Below are positions 62,877-64,000 of a DNA stretch of 64,000 nucleotides, one piece after another (position 1 is the stretch's first letter; every line of letters begins with the position of its first letter). The notes below the pieces were generated by a model. It was given only the letters and a program-made list of their open reading frames with translations. It did no database searches and was not told the DNA's origin. The DNA is from Octopus sinensis (Eukaryota): the NCBI RefSeq assembly GCF_006345805.1, contig NC_043004.1:95170001-95234000 (forward strand), written 5' to 3'. A program made the position numbers and the translations under genes.

Positions 62877-63200
62877 AAGGAGCGTGGGTTAGTGGTTAGG
62901 GCATTCGGACCACGATCGTAAGGTCATGAGTTCGATTCCCGGTTGCGCGTTGTGTCCATGAACAAGACTGTGTTTCACGTGGCTCCAGTTCACTCAGCTG
63001 GCTAAAATAAGTAGCCCCTGTATTTGAAGGAGCCAGCCTCGTCATATTCTGTGTCATGCTGAATTTCCCTGAGAACTACTTTAATGATGGGCGTGTTTTT
63101 GGAGGGCTCAACCACTTGGACGTTAATTTCAGGAGCAGGTTGTCGCATTAATCGGATCAACTGGAACCCTCGTCATCGTAACCGACGGGAGTACCAGGTA
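62877..63200 (+). mobile_element. Mosaic SINE family E (D-like head, C-like tail)
   Basis: Head with TTCACGTGGCTCCAGTTCACTCAGCTG as in family D; tail CGTTAATTTCAGGAGCAGG..GGATCAACTGGAACCCTCGTCATCGTAACCGACGG as in family C. Confidence 0.8.
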
Positions 63201-63406
63201 ATGTATCACTTATCCGTCCAAGTGCAGTACCTCTCTTTCCTCTCTTGCAAACTACAACCGACCCCTACCTCTTTTTATACATTTATTCTTTCAGCTTATT
63301 TGTACTTCATCATTCGTTCATAAGAGCATTTCCTATTTATCAAAGCATGCGTGAGTCTCTTTTCAGTTTTCGTATCTCCTCAATTTGCAATGTCCATATT
63401 TTATTA

Positions 63407-63490
63407 CAGTAGTTCCTCGACTATCGCGGGTGTTACGTTCCAAAACACCCCACGATAGGTGAAAATCCGCGATAGGTGAAAATCCGCGAA
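63407..63490 (+). mobile_element. pogo/Tigger-type terminal fragment
   Basis: TA-CAGTAGTTCCTCGACTATCGCGG start typical of pogo-type TIRs; internal CGATAGGTGAAAATCCG duplication; no partner end seen. Confidence 0.5.
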
Positions 63491-63654
63491 TGTGCTAACG
63501 ATTCTGCCAGCTCGCTGCCTTATCGTGTGGAACATTTTGCATGTATATCAATATTCTAAAGTTGGACATACTATCCCTTATCCTAAAGCTGCTTCAAACA
63601 ATTAGGAAGGGTTCCCGACTCGTTGCACCGTCTGCTTTCAATATTGGATTGTGA

Positions 63655-64000
63655 TTCGGCTCAGCCCAAACTCTCTCAGATTTTGTCTGCTGTTGCCTAC
63701 TCCTACAAGGATTGCACCTGTTTTTTGTTCCTGATTTAACTCCGATTTGTCCTAGAGCCCATAGAAGATTGTTTTTAGTCAACCATCCATCATGTCAGAT
63801 ACCTACGGATCGAGACAGATCTGCAAGAAGGGCTTCTCATCAAGATGATGGTCCTACCAATAGTCAGCTCAACGGGCAGTTGCTGTTGCTCAAACAAGAG
63901 GTCGAGCACCTAAAGTCTGTTGTTGCTCTCTTACTGAATAAACAGTCTCCTGTTGACGCAGAGTCACCCTTGATTTCTTCCCTGGAGACGTCCAAACCGA
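63655..64000 (+). CDS. Open frame running off the window edge, probable LINE ORF1 start
   Basis: No stop from 63655 to 64000: ...RDRSARRASHQDDGPTNSQLNGQLLLLKQEVEHLKSVVALLLNKQSP..., coiled-coil-like and GC-richer than its flank. No in-frame ATG in this stretch. Confidence 0.3.

Overview
This is AT-rich, repeat-saturated eukaryotic genomic DNA. The SINE families and microsatellite load suggest an octopod cephalopod (Octopus sp.); this is inference from pattern recognition, not a database result. There are no prokaryotic features, rRNA, CRISPR arrays or intact long host ORFs. Most listed ORFs are microsatellite translations or fragments of transposable elements. Supported content: (1) many 5'-truncated R4/Dong-clade non-LTR retrotransposons (RT, CCHC, restriction-like endonuclease) from several subfamilies, stacked inside (TAA)n tracts, plus an ORF-less ~550-bp element using the same target; (2) three CR1-type LINE fragments, a Penelope-like RT fragment, a DD37D (maT) and a DD34D mariner relic, a non-autonomous Helitron, several MITEs and five tRNA-derived SINE families; (3) minimal type-I hammerhead ribozyme motifs, two with intact cores and one family carrying a shared core variant. 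The most speculative leads are two hand-assembled micro-exon genes in the non-repetitive islands that would encode short secreted peptides (12837-13199 and 20529-22149). They need RNA evidence. TE boundaries are approximate to within about 10-30 bp unless a TSD or TIR is quoted.
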